Positions 18,999-28,772 of a stretch of 37,522 nt of DNA are shown here, piece after piece. A program made the position numbers and the translations under genes. This DNA comes from an uncultured bacterium. GTDB lineage: Bacteria; Hydrogenedentota; Hydrogenedentia; Hydrogenedentales; JAEUWI01. The stretch is taken from positions 1 to 37,522 of the forward strand of contig CAXBPH010000034.1 in the NCBI GenBank assembly GCA_963977445.1, written 5' to 3'. Each line of letters begins with the position of its first letter. The stretch's first letter is position 1. The notes below the pieces were generated by a model, which saw only the letters and a list, made by a program, of their open reading frames with translations, was not told the DNA's origin and did no database searches.

Positions 18999-21900
18999 TT
19001 ACAAGACCCCGTCGGCCGCGCTCTCCGACGATTCGACGGTACCGGCAAACCACCTGAACACCGCAGGCACCACTAGCAGCGTCAACATCGTGGATGTCAC
19101 CAGCCCGCCGATTACCACGGTCGCCAGTGGTCGCTGCACTTCGGCCCCCGCACCCTGCGCCAGTGCCATGGGAATAAAACCCAAGGCAGCCACAAGCGCG
19201 GTCATCAAGACCGGGCGCAATCGCACCTGTGCACCCTCGATAGCCGCCTCAAGCGCTTCCAATCCGGAAGCCTGCTTTTCGCGCATGTAGGAAACCAGGA
19301 CAACGCCATTGAGCACGGCAACACCAAAGAGGGCAATGAATCCCACGCCTGCGGAGATCGAAAAGGGGTAACCCCGCAATACCAGCGCGACTATGCCCCC
19401 CGAAAGGGCCATGGGCACATTCAGATAGATGAGAAAGGCAAGACGCAGTGAGCTGAAGGTGCTGTAGAGCAATATGAAAATCAGGAAGAGCGCCAGGGGC
19501 ACCAGCAGCGCGAGACGCTCCGAGGCCGCCTGAAGGTTCTCAAATTGCCCCCCCCATTCCATATGCCAACCCGGTGGCAGGTCAAGCTCTTCTTCCAGAG
19601 CGCGCTGGGCATCTGCAACAAAACTAGCCAGATCCCGACCGCGAACATTGGACTCTACCGTAATTCGACGACTGATGTTTTCCCGACTTATCTGGGCGGG
19701 ACCTTCTTCGATGGTAATCGATGCCACCTGAGACAGGGGTATGAGTCTGTCTTGTCCACCCATGGTCGCCGGGATTCTAAGATCACGAACCGCCGTGAGG
19801 TCATCCCGTACCGACGGACTAAAACGAACCTGAAGGGCAAAACGCTTGTCCCCCTCCACGATGGTTCCGACTTCCGTACCGCCGATGGCCTGGATCACAT
19901 CCAGCACCTCTTCGCTGCTCATGCCATAGCGCGCGATTGCGGCCCGGTCGACCCGAATACGCATGGTGGGTAGACCGATGACTTGCTCCGCTTTAACATC
20001 GGCCGCACCAGGAATTTCCCGAATAATTCGGGCCGCCTCATCGGCTTTCGATTTCATGAGCGCCAGATCGTCACCATAGATTTTTATGGCCACATTGCTT
20101 CGAACGCCCGAAATCAATTCTTCCACCCGTAGCGCGATGGGCTGTGAGTAGCTGAATATGGCCGCGGGAACTTTCTCCGTCAACGCCGCATCAATGGCCT
20201 CGATCAGTTTTTCTTTGTTCTCAAATCGCCAGGTCTCCGGCGGGTTCAGCATGATAAAAGTATCGCTAATTTCCACCCCCATAGGATCGGTGGCAATTTC
20301 CGCACGACCAGTCCGTGAAATTACCGTATCCACTTCGGGAAAGTCTTCCATAAGAACTTTTTCCGTGGCCGTACTGATTTCATTCGATTTTTCAAGGGAC
20401 ACACTGGGTAGGCGCCAAACCTGTAGCGCGATGGAGCCTTCGTCGAGATGAGGAATAAACTCCCCGCCCATTCCACGAATCAGGCCGAGACTCGAAACAA
20501 AGAGTACACAGGCCGTCACGAAAACCAATACGGGTCGTTTTACCACCGTGCGCAAACACGGCAGATAAAGCCATTGAGCCAGACGGAAGAGAAGCGGATC
20601 CTTTTCCCGCACGTTTTTGAGGAATATAGACGCCAGCACCGGCATAAGTGTCAACGCGCAGACCAGCGAGCCGGCCAACGCAAACACTACGGTCAATGCC
20701 ATGGGCCGAAACATCTTACCTTCCACGCCGGTCAGGGCGAGGATAGGCACGTAAACGATGATGATAATGCCCACCGCGAAGGCCACAGGCCGTGCCACTT
20801 CGTGACAGGCGGACCGTATTTTCTCCAAGTGGGACCGGGTGTCGTCGCGGTGGGTATGCAGGTAGCGCACCACGTTCTCAATCATAACCACGGAGCCATC
20901 CACGATAAGCCCGAAGTCGATGGCGCCCAGGCTCATGAGATTCCCACTCAATCCGGCAAAGCGCATGGCGGTAAAGCTCACCAACATGGAAAGCGGAATG
21001 GCCAGTGCAACAATAATGCCGCCGCGCACATTGCCCAAAAGGAGCAACAGTACAACAACGACCAGGATTCCACCTTCGACCAGGTTCTTCGCAACGGTCT
21101 TCACGGTGCGATTAACCAGCTCGGTACGATCGTAGAAGGTCTCGATCGTCACACCCTCGGGCAGAGACTTCTGAATCTCCGTGATTCGCTCATGTACGTT
21201 GGTGGATACCACCCGCGCGTTTTCACCCATGAGCATCATGACGATGCCGATCACCGCCTCACCGCGCCCATCACGGGTCACCGCACCCTGTCGAATCATG
21301 GGTGCGAATTCCACCTTACCAATGTCTCGCACATAGATGGGCGTGGCCGTATCTTCGTCATAGGAGACGACGACATGCTCTATATCCTCGATGGTGGCAA
21401 GCAACCCTTCGCCGCGGACGAGATATTGTTCACCCTGGTGCGCGATATAGCCTCCACCGACATTCCGGTTATTGACTTCGAGGGCATGAAGCACATCGCC
21501 CGTGGTAACGTTATAGGCCAGAAGACGGTCCGGCGTCAGGGTAACCTGGTAGGTCTTCAATTCCCCACCGAAGCTGTTCACTTCTACAATCCCGGGCACA
21601 CTGCGCAACTGATAGTTCACATTCCAGTCCAGGATAGTTCGCAGCTCCATCGGGGTATACCCCTCGCCCCGCACTTCGAACTGATAGATTTCGCCCAGTC
21701 CACTCGATATGGGTCCCATCTCGGGTGTGCCATATTGCTCCGGAATTGAACCCCGTGCATCGACCAGGCGCTCACCCACCATCTGGCGGGCCCAATAGAT
21801 ATCCGTCCCCTCATCAAAGACAACGGTAACGACGGAGAGTCCGAATTTGGAAACCGAGCGAATCTCTTCAACGGCGGGCACACCGCTCATCGCGGTTTCT

Positions 21901-22103
21901 ACCGGAAAGGTTATGAAACGCTCTACTTCTTCCGGCGCGAGACCTGCCGAGTTGGTTAATACTTGAACTTGTACGTTGGTTACATCGGGCACGGCGTCAA
22001 TGGGCAGCTTGAGAAGCGAGTTTACGCCTACCGCTGCCGCAAGGAACCAGAGCACCAGAATAATCACGCGATTATTCAGCGAGATATCGATTATACGATT
22101 CAT
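18999..22103 (-). CDS. czcA: Heavy-metal efflux RND permease, CzcA type
   Basis: 1034 aa; IDAVPDVTNVQVQV, TM4 signature SLGAIDFGLIVDGSVVMIEN (divalent CzcA type rather than CusA), RLRPVLMTA, EVQRPLATVVIGG. Confidence 0.95.
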   Translation of the reverse strand: MNRIIDISLNNRVIILVLWFLAAAVGVNSLLKLPIDAVPDVTNVQVQVLTNSAGLAPEEVERFITFPVETAMSGVPAVEEIRSVSKFGLSVVTVVFDEGTDIYWARQMVGERLVDARGSIPEQYGTPEMGPISSGLGEIYQFEVRGEGYTPMELRTILDWNVNYQLRSVPGIVEVNSFGGELKTYQVTLTPDRLLAYNVTTGDVLHALEVNNRNVGGGYIAHQGEQYLVRGEGLLATIEDIEHVVVSYDEDTATPIYVRDIGKVEFAPMIRQGAVTRDGRGEAVIGIVMMLMGENARVVSTNVHERITEIQKSLPEGVTIETFYDRTELVNRTVKTVAKNLVEGGILVVVVLLLLLGNVRGGIIVALAIPLSMLVSFTAMRFAGLSGNLMSLGAIDFGLIVDGSVVMIENVVRYLHTHRDDTRSHLEKIRSACHEVARPVAFAVGIIIIVYVPILALTGVEGKMFRPMALTVVFALAGSLVCALTLMPVLASIFLKNVREKDPLLFRLAQWLYLPCLRTVVKRPVLVFVTACVLFVSSLGLIRGMGGEFIPHLDEGSIALQVWRLPSVSLEKSNEISTATEKVLMEDFPEVDTVISRTGRAEIATDPMGVEISDTFIMLNPPETWRFENKEKLIEAIDAALTEKVPAAIFSYSQPIALRVEELISGVRSNVAIKIYGDDLALMKSKADEAARIIREIPGAADVKAEQVIGLPTMRIRVDRAAIARYGMSSEEVLDVIQAIGGTEVGTIVEGDKRFALQVRFSPSVRDDLTAVRDLRIPATMGGQDRLIPLSQVASITIEEGPAQISRENISRRITVESNVRGRDLASFVADAQRALEEELDLPPGWHMEWGGQFENLQAASERLALLVPLALFLIFILLYSTFSSLRLAFLIYLNVPMALSGGIVALVLRGYPFSISAGVGFIALFGVAVLNGVVLVSYMREKQASGLEALEAAIEGAQVRLRPVLMTALVAALGFIPMALAQGAGAEVQRPLATVVIGGLVTSTMLTLLVVPAVFRWFAGTVESSESAADGVL

Positions 22104-22112
22104 GTTGACTCC

Positions 22113-23402
22113 TTAGTGGCTGTGACCGCCGCCCATGGCTGCTTTTCCGGCTTCGGATTTAAGAACGAAGATGTCGCCTACGGCAACACGATCGTTCTCC
22201 TTCAGCGGACCCTGGACTTCGGTAAACGCATCAGACGCATGGAGCACCTCCACCGCAACCGGCTCAAACTCTCCTTCGCCTTCCGCACGGTAGACTATCG
22301 CCCCCGTCTCGGTCCGTTGCAGCGCTCCATTGGGAACCAACAAGGTTTCATCGTGCTCGTGACTATTCAGAAAAATCATGAGACGGCCAAACATGCCTGC
22401 ACGTATTCGTTTATCGTCGTTGGAAAGAACAACACGGGCCTCGACGGTACGGCTACTCGGGTCCAGAACGCTACCGATGTAATCTATGACACCGGAGAAT
22501 TCTTCGCCTGGATAACCTTCCAGCTGCACTATCGCCTCCTGACCCACGGCGATACGTCGGAGATCGCGCTCCGTAATGCGTCCCATGGTCCACATGGTTT
22601 TGAGATTGGCGATATGAAAAATGGACGTATTTTCGTTGATCGCTTCTCCCAGCGAGATGTGACGCTCAATAATCGTGCCCCCAAAGGGCGCACGCACCTC
22701 GTATCGGGTAAGTGAAGTCCCCCCTTCACGGGGAAGACTTTTTACGTATGCAGGCGTCAGGCCAAGTGCGAAAAGAGCCTGTTCAGCCGACTCCACAGCG
22801 ATTTGCGCCGACCGCAATGCCTGTCGGGCTACCTGAAAGTCCTGCTCGGCCGATATTTTTTCTTCCCAGAGAGACTTTTCCCGTGCGTAGGTCGATTGGG
22901 CCAAATCCCGAATCGCGAGACTCGACAGCAGTTCGGATTTTGCTCGACCAAGTTCCCGACTATCGAGAACGGCCAGCAAATCGCCTTCCGACACCTGATC
23001 ACCGAGACGTGCAAACACCTCCCGGACGATACCGCCCACGCGGGGCACCAGATGGGCCTCTTCGTCGGGGTCCAACATGGTCTCGGCGGGAAATGAAAGG
23101 GTGCTCTTTACGGAACCGCGGTGTATGGGACTTACCGTTATATCCAGGGACTCGAGGCGTTCGGGGGAAAGGTGCACGTTACCTTTTTCTTCGTGGTCAT
23201 CGTGTTCGCCCTCTTCGCTGTGGCCTTCCTCTTCCTCCTTGTGTTCGCCGGGTTCATGGCCATGATCGTCGAGTTCCTCCGCAGCGAGTACGGGCGGGGT
23301 ATCCAATCCCGTGGGCAAAAACTTCAGTTTAGATGCCATCGGAACGATGGCCAAGGCAACTAACGCCGTCATCAATACGGCTACCAATTTATTGTTACTC
23401 AT
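22113..23402 (-). CDS. czcB: RND membrane fusion protein, CzcB type
   Basis: His/Glu-rich N-terminus, PRVGGIV...GDQV, RAPFGG.I and C-terminal GGGHSH; lies between czcC and czcA. Confidence 0.92.
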   Translation of the reverse strand: MSNNKLVAVLMTALVALAIVPMASKLKFLPTGLDTPPVLAAEELDDHGHEPGEHKEEEEGHSEEGEHDDHEEKGNVHLSPERLESLDITVSPIHRGSVKSTLSFPAETMLDPDEEAHLVPRVGGIVREVFARLGDQVSEGDLLAVLDSRELGRAKSELLSSLAIRDLAQSTYAREKSLWEEKISAEQDFQVARQALRSAQIAVESAEQALFALGLTPAYVKSLPREGGTSLTRYEVRAPFGGTIIERHISLGEAINENTSIFHIANLKTMWTMGRITERDLRRIAVGQEAIVQLEGYPGEEFSGVIDYIGSVLDPSSRTVEARVVLSNDDKRIRAGMFGRLMIFLNSHEHDETLLVPNGALQRTETGAIVYRAEGEGEFEPVAVEVLHASDAFTEVQGPLKENDRVAVGDIFVLKSEAGKAAMGGGHSH

Positions 23403-24954
23403 GGGGAGCTACCTCTTGTGATTCAATAACGTCCAAGGTCATTTCAGTTTTTTCCGGGACATCCCGGTAATTCAGACTACGGCCGGTCAGGCGTTGGATG
23501 TTCACCCGTGACCGGTGAAAGTCAGCGAGACGGTTGAGATAGGTATAGCGGGACTCAAAGAGCGTCCGTTGCGCGTCGAGTACATCGAGATAAGAAAATT
23601 TTCCTTCCCGGTATCCGCGCTTGGTTTTTTCAAAGGTTTCCGCGGCTTTGGGCAAAACTTCCCGGTCGGTTCGTGACAGGGCCTCGTAAATGCCGGCACT
23701 ATTCTCCCAAACCGCTGTCAGGGACGCCTGGGCATCCAGTCGAGTACGTCGTTCTTCCGTCATGCCTTTGGAGAGGAGTGCCTCGGCCTCCGCAATCTTT
23801 CCCTGGTTACGATTGAAAAGTGGTAAGGGCACCGATATACCCAGAATGAGGGTGTTGTCTCGGGAGTTGTCGAAACTTCCACGGCTCCGGCCCACGGAAA
23901 AAGATCCGTCGGTACCGATTCCATAGCCGGAACTTCCTGAATCGCTGACCCCCGACGTACGCAGGCCAAACATGAGCGTCGGATCGACCCGGCGCTGGCT
24001 CTGGGCAACAGCCAACACGGCTTCCCGCTGGAGTATCTCGGCAGTCCACCGTGCCGTATCGGGATTCTGTTTCAACTCGCCGATAAGCTGGCGTAATTCC
24101 GGTAGGGGTGCAACGTCATCAAGCTGCCCCACGGCGCGCCGAAAATCCGAAGCGTCCCCGCCCCACCAGGCGGCAAGAGCGGTGCAGGCGGCTGCCCGTT
24201 CGGACTGGGCCAGATCGCGCTCGATCTGTGTGGTGGCCAAGGCGATGTCCGCCTTGTTCCCATCCAGCGGCGACACTTTTCCTGCCTCGATCCGGGCATT
24301 TATCGTCCGCACCACGTCTTCGGCGAGCACGAGCAATTCGTCGTGTAGCGCCACACGCTCCTGGGCAGCAAGCACGTCCACGAAGGAGCCGGCCACCCCA
24401 GCAATTACATTGGCCCGGGCTGTTTCATAGTCCCATTGCACCAGAGACTTTTCGGATTCTGCCAGGGCGATTCGCCTGGCCCGCTTTTGACCACGCTCGA
24501 TGACCTGAGAGATGGTGAGAGTGAACTCAGACTCTTCAAATAGGCCGCGATTGCTATTGGAACTATCGCGGTTCCAGGTTATGGCTGGCAGCGTGCCCGC
24601 GAAGGGAAGCTGCCCCGAAATGCCCTCGGAACGGGTACGCTCCGACGGACCATCCCCCAATGTAATTCTTTCAATCTCGAAGGACATTTCGGGATTGGGG
24701 CGCAATCCTGCCTGCTGAATGCGACCATCAGCGGCACGCAATTCCCAGCTAAAGGTCTCCAGGTAGGGACTCGTTTCCAGCGCGCGTGTGATGGCCTCGT
24801 CCAACGACAAGGATTCCACGGCGACCGGTTGCGGAGGTGGTGATTCGGCGGATACGTCTTCCAGTATGATTTCCGGGGCGGCACCGTATGCGACGGACCC
24901 GCCAAGCACGGCCAATAGCAGTGCGGTGGATACAATACTTCTCATGGGAAGCAT
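23395..24954 (-). CDS. czcC: TolC-family outer membrane factor, CzcC type
   Basis: QAGLRPNP, SVPLPLFNRNQG and GKFSYLDVLDAQR motifs; 3' end overlaps the czcB start. Confidence 0.9.
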   Translation of the reverse strand: MLPMRSIVSTALLLAVLGGSVAYGAAPEIILEDVSAESPPPQPVAVESLSLDEAITRALETSPYLETFSWELRAADGRIQQAGLRPNPEMSFEIERITLGDGPSERTRSEGISGQLPFAGTLPAITWNRDSSNSNRGLFEESEFTLTISQVIERGQKRARRIALAESEKSLVQWDYETARANVIAGVAGSFVDVLAAQERVALHDELLVLAEDVVRTINARIEAGKVSPLDGNKADIALATTQIERDLAQSERAAACTALAAWWGGDASDFRRAVGQLDDVAPLPELRQLIGELKQNPDTARWTAEILQREAVLAVAQSQRRVDPTLMFGLRTSGVSDSGSSGYGIGTDGSFSVGRSRGSFDNSRDNTLILGISVPLPLFNRNQGKIAEAEALLSKGMTEERRTRLDAQASLTAVWENSAGIYEALSRTDREVLPKAAETFEKTKRGYREGKFSYLDVLDAQRTLFESRYTYLNRLADFHRSRVNIQRLTGRSLNYRDVPEKTEMTLDVIESQEVAPHE

Positions 24955-25064
24955 AGGGAATTCTCCTGCAATTACACATCGTAGTCGGATGACAGGCTAA
25001 ACGAAATACACCTTGGGTGTATCAATTTGTGCTGTCGGGATAGGATGGATACGTGCAGGGCGTA

Positions 25065-25508
25065 TCAGATGGTCAGAACGACCGTACGGGTAACATGGAG
25101 ATCGGTCAGCGGCATGGTCCCGAGAAGAGGACGTACCGGGACATTCGTAGCAACCGGAATCGAGCGAAGCAGCGGAAGCGCTCCATTCACATCCCGCTGG
25201 GCAGACAGAACCCCCTCGTCGGATCGAGAGCGGCCTGCGCGAAAATATTCCCGGTCGACGCCCAAATCCACGCAGGGATGGGCCGCGGCAATTCCGGTAT
25301 ACACGGCAGGCCCCGACGACGCAAAATCTGCCCCGTCTTCCGGGCAGCAGAGAGACGGGTTGCACTGCGCCTCAATCGTGATGTGGCCATCATGACAAAC
25401 ACAGAGAACCAACCCGGTGCCAAGCAATGTGGAGAAAAAACCCAACATCGCCACCAGAGCGAGGTTATTCACCTGCTTCGTCAATCGTATGTATGTTTGC
25501 CGATTCAT
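25065..25508 (-). CDS. Small exported Cys/His-containing protein, first gene of the czc operon (CzcI-like position)
   Basis: ATG at 25508 just after a consensus promoter; hydrophobic N-terminus followed by VLCVCHDGH, CNPSLCC and HPCVD. Confidence 0.62.
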   Translation of the reverse strand: MNRQTYIRLTKQVNNLALVAMLGFFSTLLGTGLVLCVCHDGHITIEAQCNPSLCCPEDGADFASSGPAVYTGIAAAHPCVDLGVDREYFRAGRSRSDEGVLSAQRDVNGALPLLRSIPVATNVPVRPLLGTMPLTDLHVTRTVVLTI

Positions 25509-25517
25509 AGTGGCGAG

Positions 25518-25546
25518 ATTATAACGACATCCTGCTGCCATGTCAA
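25518..25546 (-). promoter_or_regulatory. Perfect-consensus sigma70 promoter of the czc operon
   Basis: Minus strand reads TTGACA-17 nt-TATAAT. Confidence 0.85.
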
Positions 25547-25569
25547 CCCAATCGCCAATAAATACGCCT

Positions 25570-25591
25570 TATTGATACCAATGCATCAATA
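25570..25591. promoter_or_regulatory. Palindromic candidate operator upstream of the czc promoter
   Basis: TATTGAT-N8-ATCAATA, starting 24 bp upstream of the -35 hexamer. Confidence 0.45.
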
Positions 25592-25620
25592 TCAAGGCTC
25601 TCCCGGGAGCAGCCCGAATA

Positions 25621-25657
25621 GAAAAAGCCCCCGCCGTCACGAGGACGACAGAGGCTT
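25621..25657 (-). terminator. Intrinsic terminator of gltA
   Basis: Minus strand: AAGCCTCTGTCGTC-CTCGT-GACGGCGGGGGCTT-TTTC; G-U pairs work only on the minus strand. Confidence 0.8.
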
Positions 25658-25671
25658 GGGGAATCGCTACA

Positions 25672-26937
25672 CTACAGAATCAGGCGACGTTCCGTGGGGC
25701 CGGTATAAATCTGGCGCGGACGGTGAATGCGACCATCGGGATCGTTGCGCATTTCGAGCCAGTGGGCGATCCACCCCGGCATACGACCGATGGAGAAGAG
25801 CACGGTAAACATTTCCGTGGGTATGCCCATCGCGCGGTAAATGATGCCACTATAGAAATCCACGTTCGGATAGAGTTTACGCTCTACAAAGAACTCATCA
25901 TTGAGGGCGATCTCTTCAAGATTCTTGGCAATTTCGAGAAGGGGATCGGAAATCCCGAGCTCTTTCAGGACATCATCGGCCGCCTTACAGAGCAATTTGG
26001 CGCGGGGGTCAAAGTTTTTATAGACCCGGTGACCAAATCCCATAAGGCGGAAAGGATCGTTCCGGTCTTTGGCTTTTTCTACATATTTTTTGTAGTCGCC
26101 ACCATCGGCCTGAATCATTTCCAGCATTTCCAGAACGGCCTGGTTGGCCCCACCATGGAGGGGGCCCCAAAGGGCATTAACACCGGCGGAGATCGACGCG
26201 TAGAGATTGGCGCGACTGCTACCTACCATACGGACCGTAGAGGTGCTGCAGTTCTGCTCGTGATCAGCATGAAGTATGAGGAGGGCGTCAAGGGCGCGCT
26301 CCAAAACAGGAGAAACTTCGTAGTCTTCGGTTGGAAGACCAAACATCATCCGCAAGAAATTCCCAGAATAGCTGAGTTCTGTCTTTGGATAGACTACCGC
26401 CTGGCCCACCGACTTCTTATAGGAAAAAGCAGCCAAAGTCTTTACCTGACCGAGCAGCCGCATAATGTTTACGTTCAAATGCTCTTCATCTTCCCCATCG
26501 TGGGGATAAAACGAAGACATGGACGAAACCATGGAGGCCAGAATATTCATGGGATGGGCAGTAACCGGAAAATGGTCAAAGAACTTCAGCATGCTCTCAT
26601 GAACGAGACTATTGGCCGTCAACTCGGCGCGCCAGGAGTCAAACTGCGTATCGTTGGGCAATTCCCCGTGAATCAGCAGATAGGCCACTTGTGAAAAACG
26701 CAGGTTGCCTACGAGATCTTCGATGGGGTAGCCACGGTAGCGGAGGATGCCTTTGTCCCCGTCAATATAGGTAATTGCACTCTTGCATGAACCTGTATTG
26801 CCGTAGCCCGGATCGTAGGTAATGGCGCCGGTGGTTTTACGAAGGTGCGTACAATCGATTGCCACCTCATCTTCTGAACCTGAAAACGTAGGGAATTCGA
26901 AGTTCTTGTCTTGTAATGAAAGATGGGCTGTGCTCAT
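25672..26937 (-). CDS. gltA: Citrate synthase (type I/hexameric-like)
   Basis: DPGYGNTGSC.SAITYIDG, LHADHEQNCSTS, GPLHGGAN, GFGHRVYK and YPNVDFYSG; start ATG 26937 with GGAG RBS. Confidence 0.97.
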   Translation of the reverse strand: MSTAHLSLQDKNFEFPTFSGSEDEVAIDCTHLRKTTGAITYDPGYGNTGSCKSAITYIDGDKGILRYRGYPIEDLVGNLRFSQVAYLLIHGELPNDTQFDSWRAELTANSLVHESMLKFFDHFPVTAHPMNILASMVSSMSSFYPHDGEDEEHLNVNIMRLLGQVKTLAAFSYKKSVGQAVVYPKTELSYSGNFLRMMFGLPTEDYEVSPVLERALDALLILHADHEQNCSTSTVRMVGSSRANLYASISAGVNALWGPLHGGANQAVLEMLEMIQADGGDYKKYVEKAKDRNDPFRLMGFGHRVYKNFDPRAKLLCKAADDVLKELGISDPLLEIAKNLEEIALNDEFFVERKLYPNVDFYSGIIYRAMGIPTEMFTVLFSIGRMPGWIAHWLEMRNDPDGRIHRPRQIYTGPTERRLIL

Positions 26938-27046
26938 CGCTTTCTCCATTGTGCTAGTCGTGACGCGCCATGATGCCATTGAGTGGGTAATCCCGGTCGC
27001 GCCCCGTCATTTTCTTCCCAAACCCCGCAAATTTAAGCGAAAGAGA

Positions 27047-27076
27047 AGTATATACAATGCCTTCTTGCGAGTGCAA
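27047..27076 (-). promoter_or_regulatory. Putative sigma70 promoter of gltA
   Basis: Minus strand reads TTGCAC-18 nt-TATACT. Confidence 0.5.
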
Positions 27077-27332
27077 TGGTCCACTTTTTTTCATAGAATC
27101 CCCCTACTTTAGATGCCCAAATGGGACCAACATACCGCATCGGGGTGGTCATTATGCTCCAAAAAAGATCGATTACCCGAGTTAATTAGTTGACACACAC
27201 CACACTTTTACTGAAAAATAAGAATGTTACACAGAATCCGTGAAAGACTGTCTTCGCGAGTCACGATATTTTGTTCCGTGACCCAACGTTATAAATGATA
27301 GTCTCTCCAACCGAATCAGGATTAGGACGATC

Positions 27333-28772
27333 ATGAGCGAGAAAAAGAAATCCGCCACCCCTCCACCGTTAGAACAAGTGTCGACGCTCCAGCGCATTCT
27401 GCACCACGATGCCATGGCAGCCATCTTCCTGCTTGTGGGGGCCGTGGCGGCATTCTTTATGGCGAACAGCTCAATCATGATCAAGGGCATACCGCTCTTC
27501 GAGTGGTATGCTGATTTATGGCACGTGGACCTGGGCATCTATATTCACGGTGAAGTCATTTCCAAATCCCTGCATCATTTGATCAACGACGGTCTCATGG
27601 CCATCTTTTTCTTCATTGTGGGACTGGAAATAAAACGGGAATTGCTCGTCGGTGAGCTGGCTTCCTTTCGAAAAGCGCTCCTCCCCATTGCTGCCGCCAT
27701 TGGCGGTATGGTTTGTCCGGCGGTCGTCTACAGCATAGTTAACTACGGCACGGAAACTGCCGGGGGCTGGGGCATACCCATGGCAACCGATATTGCCTTC
27801 TCCGCAGGCGTCCTCGGTTTGCTCTCCAAACGCATCCCCTCGGGCCTGGCAATCTTCTTGATTGCTTTGGCAATCGTGGACGATCTGGGCTCCGTTACGG
27901 TCATCGCCCTGTTCTACACCGATGGCATTACCGCCCGCCCGCTCCTGGTCGGACTTACCATGATCATCTTGTCTTTCGTTTTTGCACGCATGGGGGTTCG
28001 CAACGCCTTGGTCTTCATATTGATGGCCGGTGTCATCTGGGTGGAGTTCTTCCTATCCGGTGTGCACGCCACTATCGCCGGGGTATTGTTTGCCTTTACC
28101 ATTCCCGCAGATGCTCGGTATGAGACCCCCCTGTTTATCAAACGAATCAACAAGCTCCTTCAGCGCTTCCACGAAGCGGAAGACCATGTAAATCCATTGC
28201 TGGTCAATTCACGTCAACAGCGGGTCGTGCGCGCTATTGAAGCAGAGTGTATCCATGTTGAAGCACCTCTCCAGCGCATCGAACACAAACTCCACCCCAT
28301 TTGTGCCTTTATCATCATGCCCGTATTCGCCTTTGCCAATTCGGGGGTCCATCTTGATTTTTCCCAAATCGGTGAAGTCTTCAATCAGAAGGTAACCTGG
28401 GGTGTTATCCTTGGCCTTATTCTGGGCAAGCAAATTGGTATCTTCGGTGCAAGCTGGCTCACGGTAAAGGCGGGACTCGCCGAATTGCCGGCCGGGGTAA
28501 ATTGGCGTCAGATTTATGGGGTAACCTGGCTTGCTGGTATCGGTTTTACTATGTCGTTATTCATTGGTGGACTCGCCTTCCCCGTGGGCCACGATGCGGG
28601 ACATGGGTCCATTGAGGCGGCCGGTCACATGGCCGATCACCTGGCAGGCGCTAAAGTAGGCACCTTGCTTGCCAGCATTATTGCGGGTTCCGTGGGAACG
28701 ATCATACTTATATTCGCCACAAAGAAACCTGCAGAGACAGTCGAGGCGAGCGAGACCAATTCCGACGTCTAG
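27333..28772 (+). CDS. nhaA: Na+/H+ antiporter NhaA
   Basis: INDGLMAIFFFIVGLEIKRE, GWGIPMATDIAF, LAIVDDLG, SGVHATIAG, GKQIG and GIGFTMSLFI. Confidence 0.96.
   Translation: MSEKKKSATPPPLEQVSTLQRILHHDAMAAIFLLVGAVAAFFMANSSIMIKGIPLFEWYADLWHVDLGIYIHGEVISKSLHHLINDGLMAIFFFIVGLEIKRELLVGELASFRKALLPIAAAIGGMVCPAVVYSIVNYGTETAGGWGIPMATDIAFSAGVLGLLSKRIPSGLAIFLIALAIVDDLGSVTVIALFYTDGITARPLLVGLTMIILSFVFARMGVRNALVFILMAGVIWVEFFLSGVHATIAGVLFAFTIPADARYETPLFIKRINKLLQRFHEAEDHVNPLLVNSRQQRVVRAIEAECIHVEAPLQRIEHKLHPICAFIIMPVFAFANSGVHLDFSQIGEVFNQKVTWGVILGLILGKQIGIFGASWLTVKAGLAELPAGVNWRQIYGVTWLAGIGFTMSLFIGGLAFPVGHDAGHGSIEAAGHMADHLAGAKVGTLLASIIAGSVGTIILIFATKKPAETVEASETNSDV

Noticed and set aside
20448..26694. Plus-strand ORFs of 433, 250, 206, 251 and 323 aa opposite czc genes and gltA
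   Set aside because: Antisense to confidently identified genes and lacking motifs.
27110..27332. Possible fluoride, Na+ or Li+ (nhaA-I/II) riboswitch upstream of nhaA
   Set aside because: AATGATAGTCTCTCCAACCG only superficially resembles a fluoride riboswitch; the 5' pairing strand and 3' TGATG..CTAC element are missing. A cmscan would settle it.
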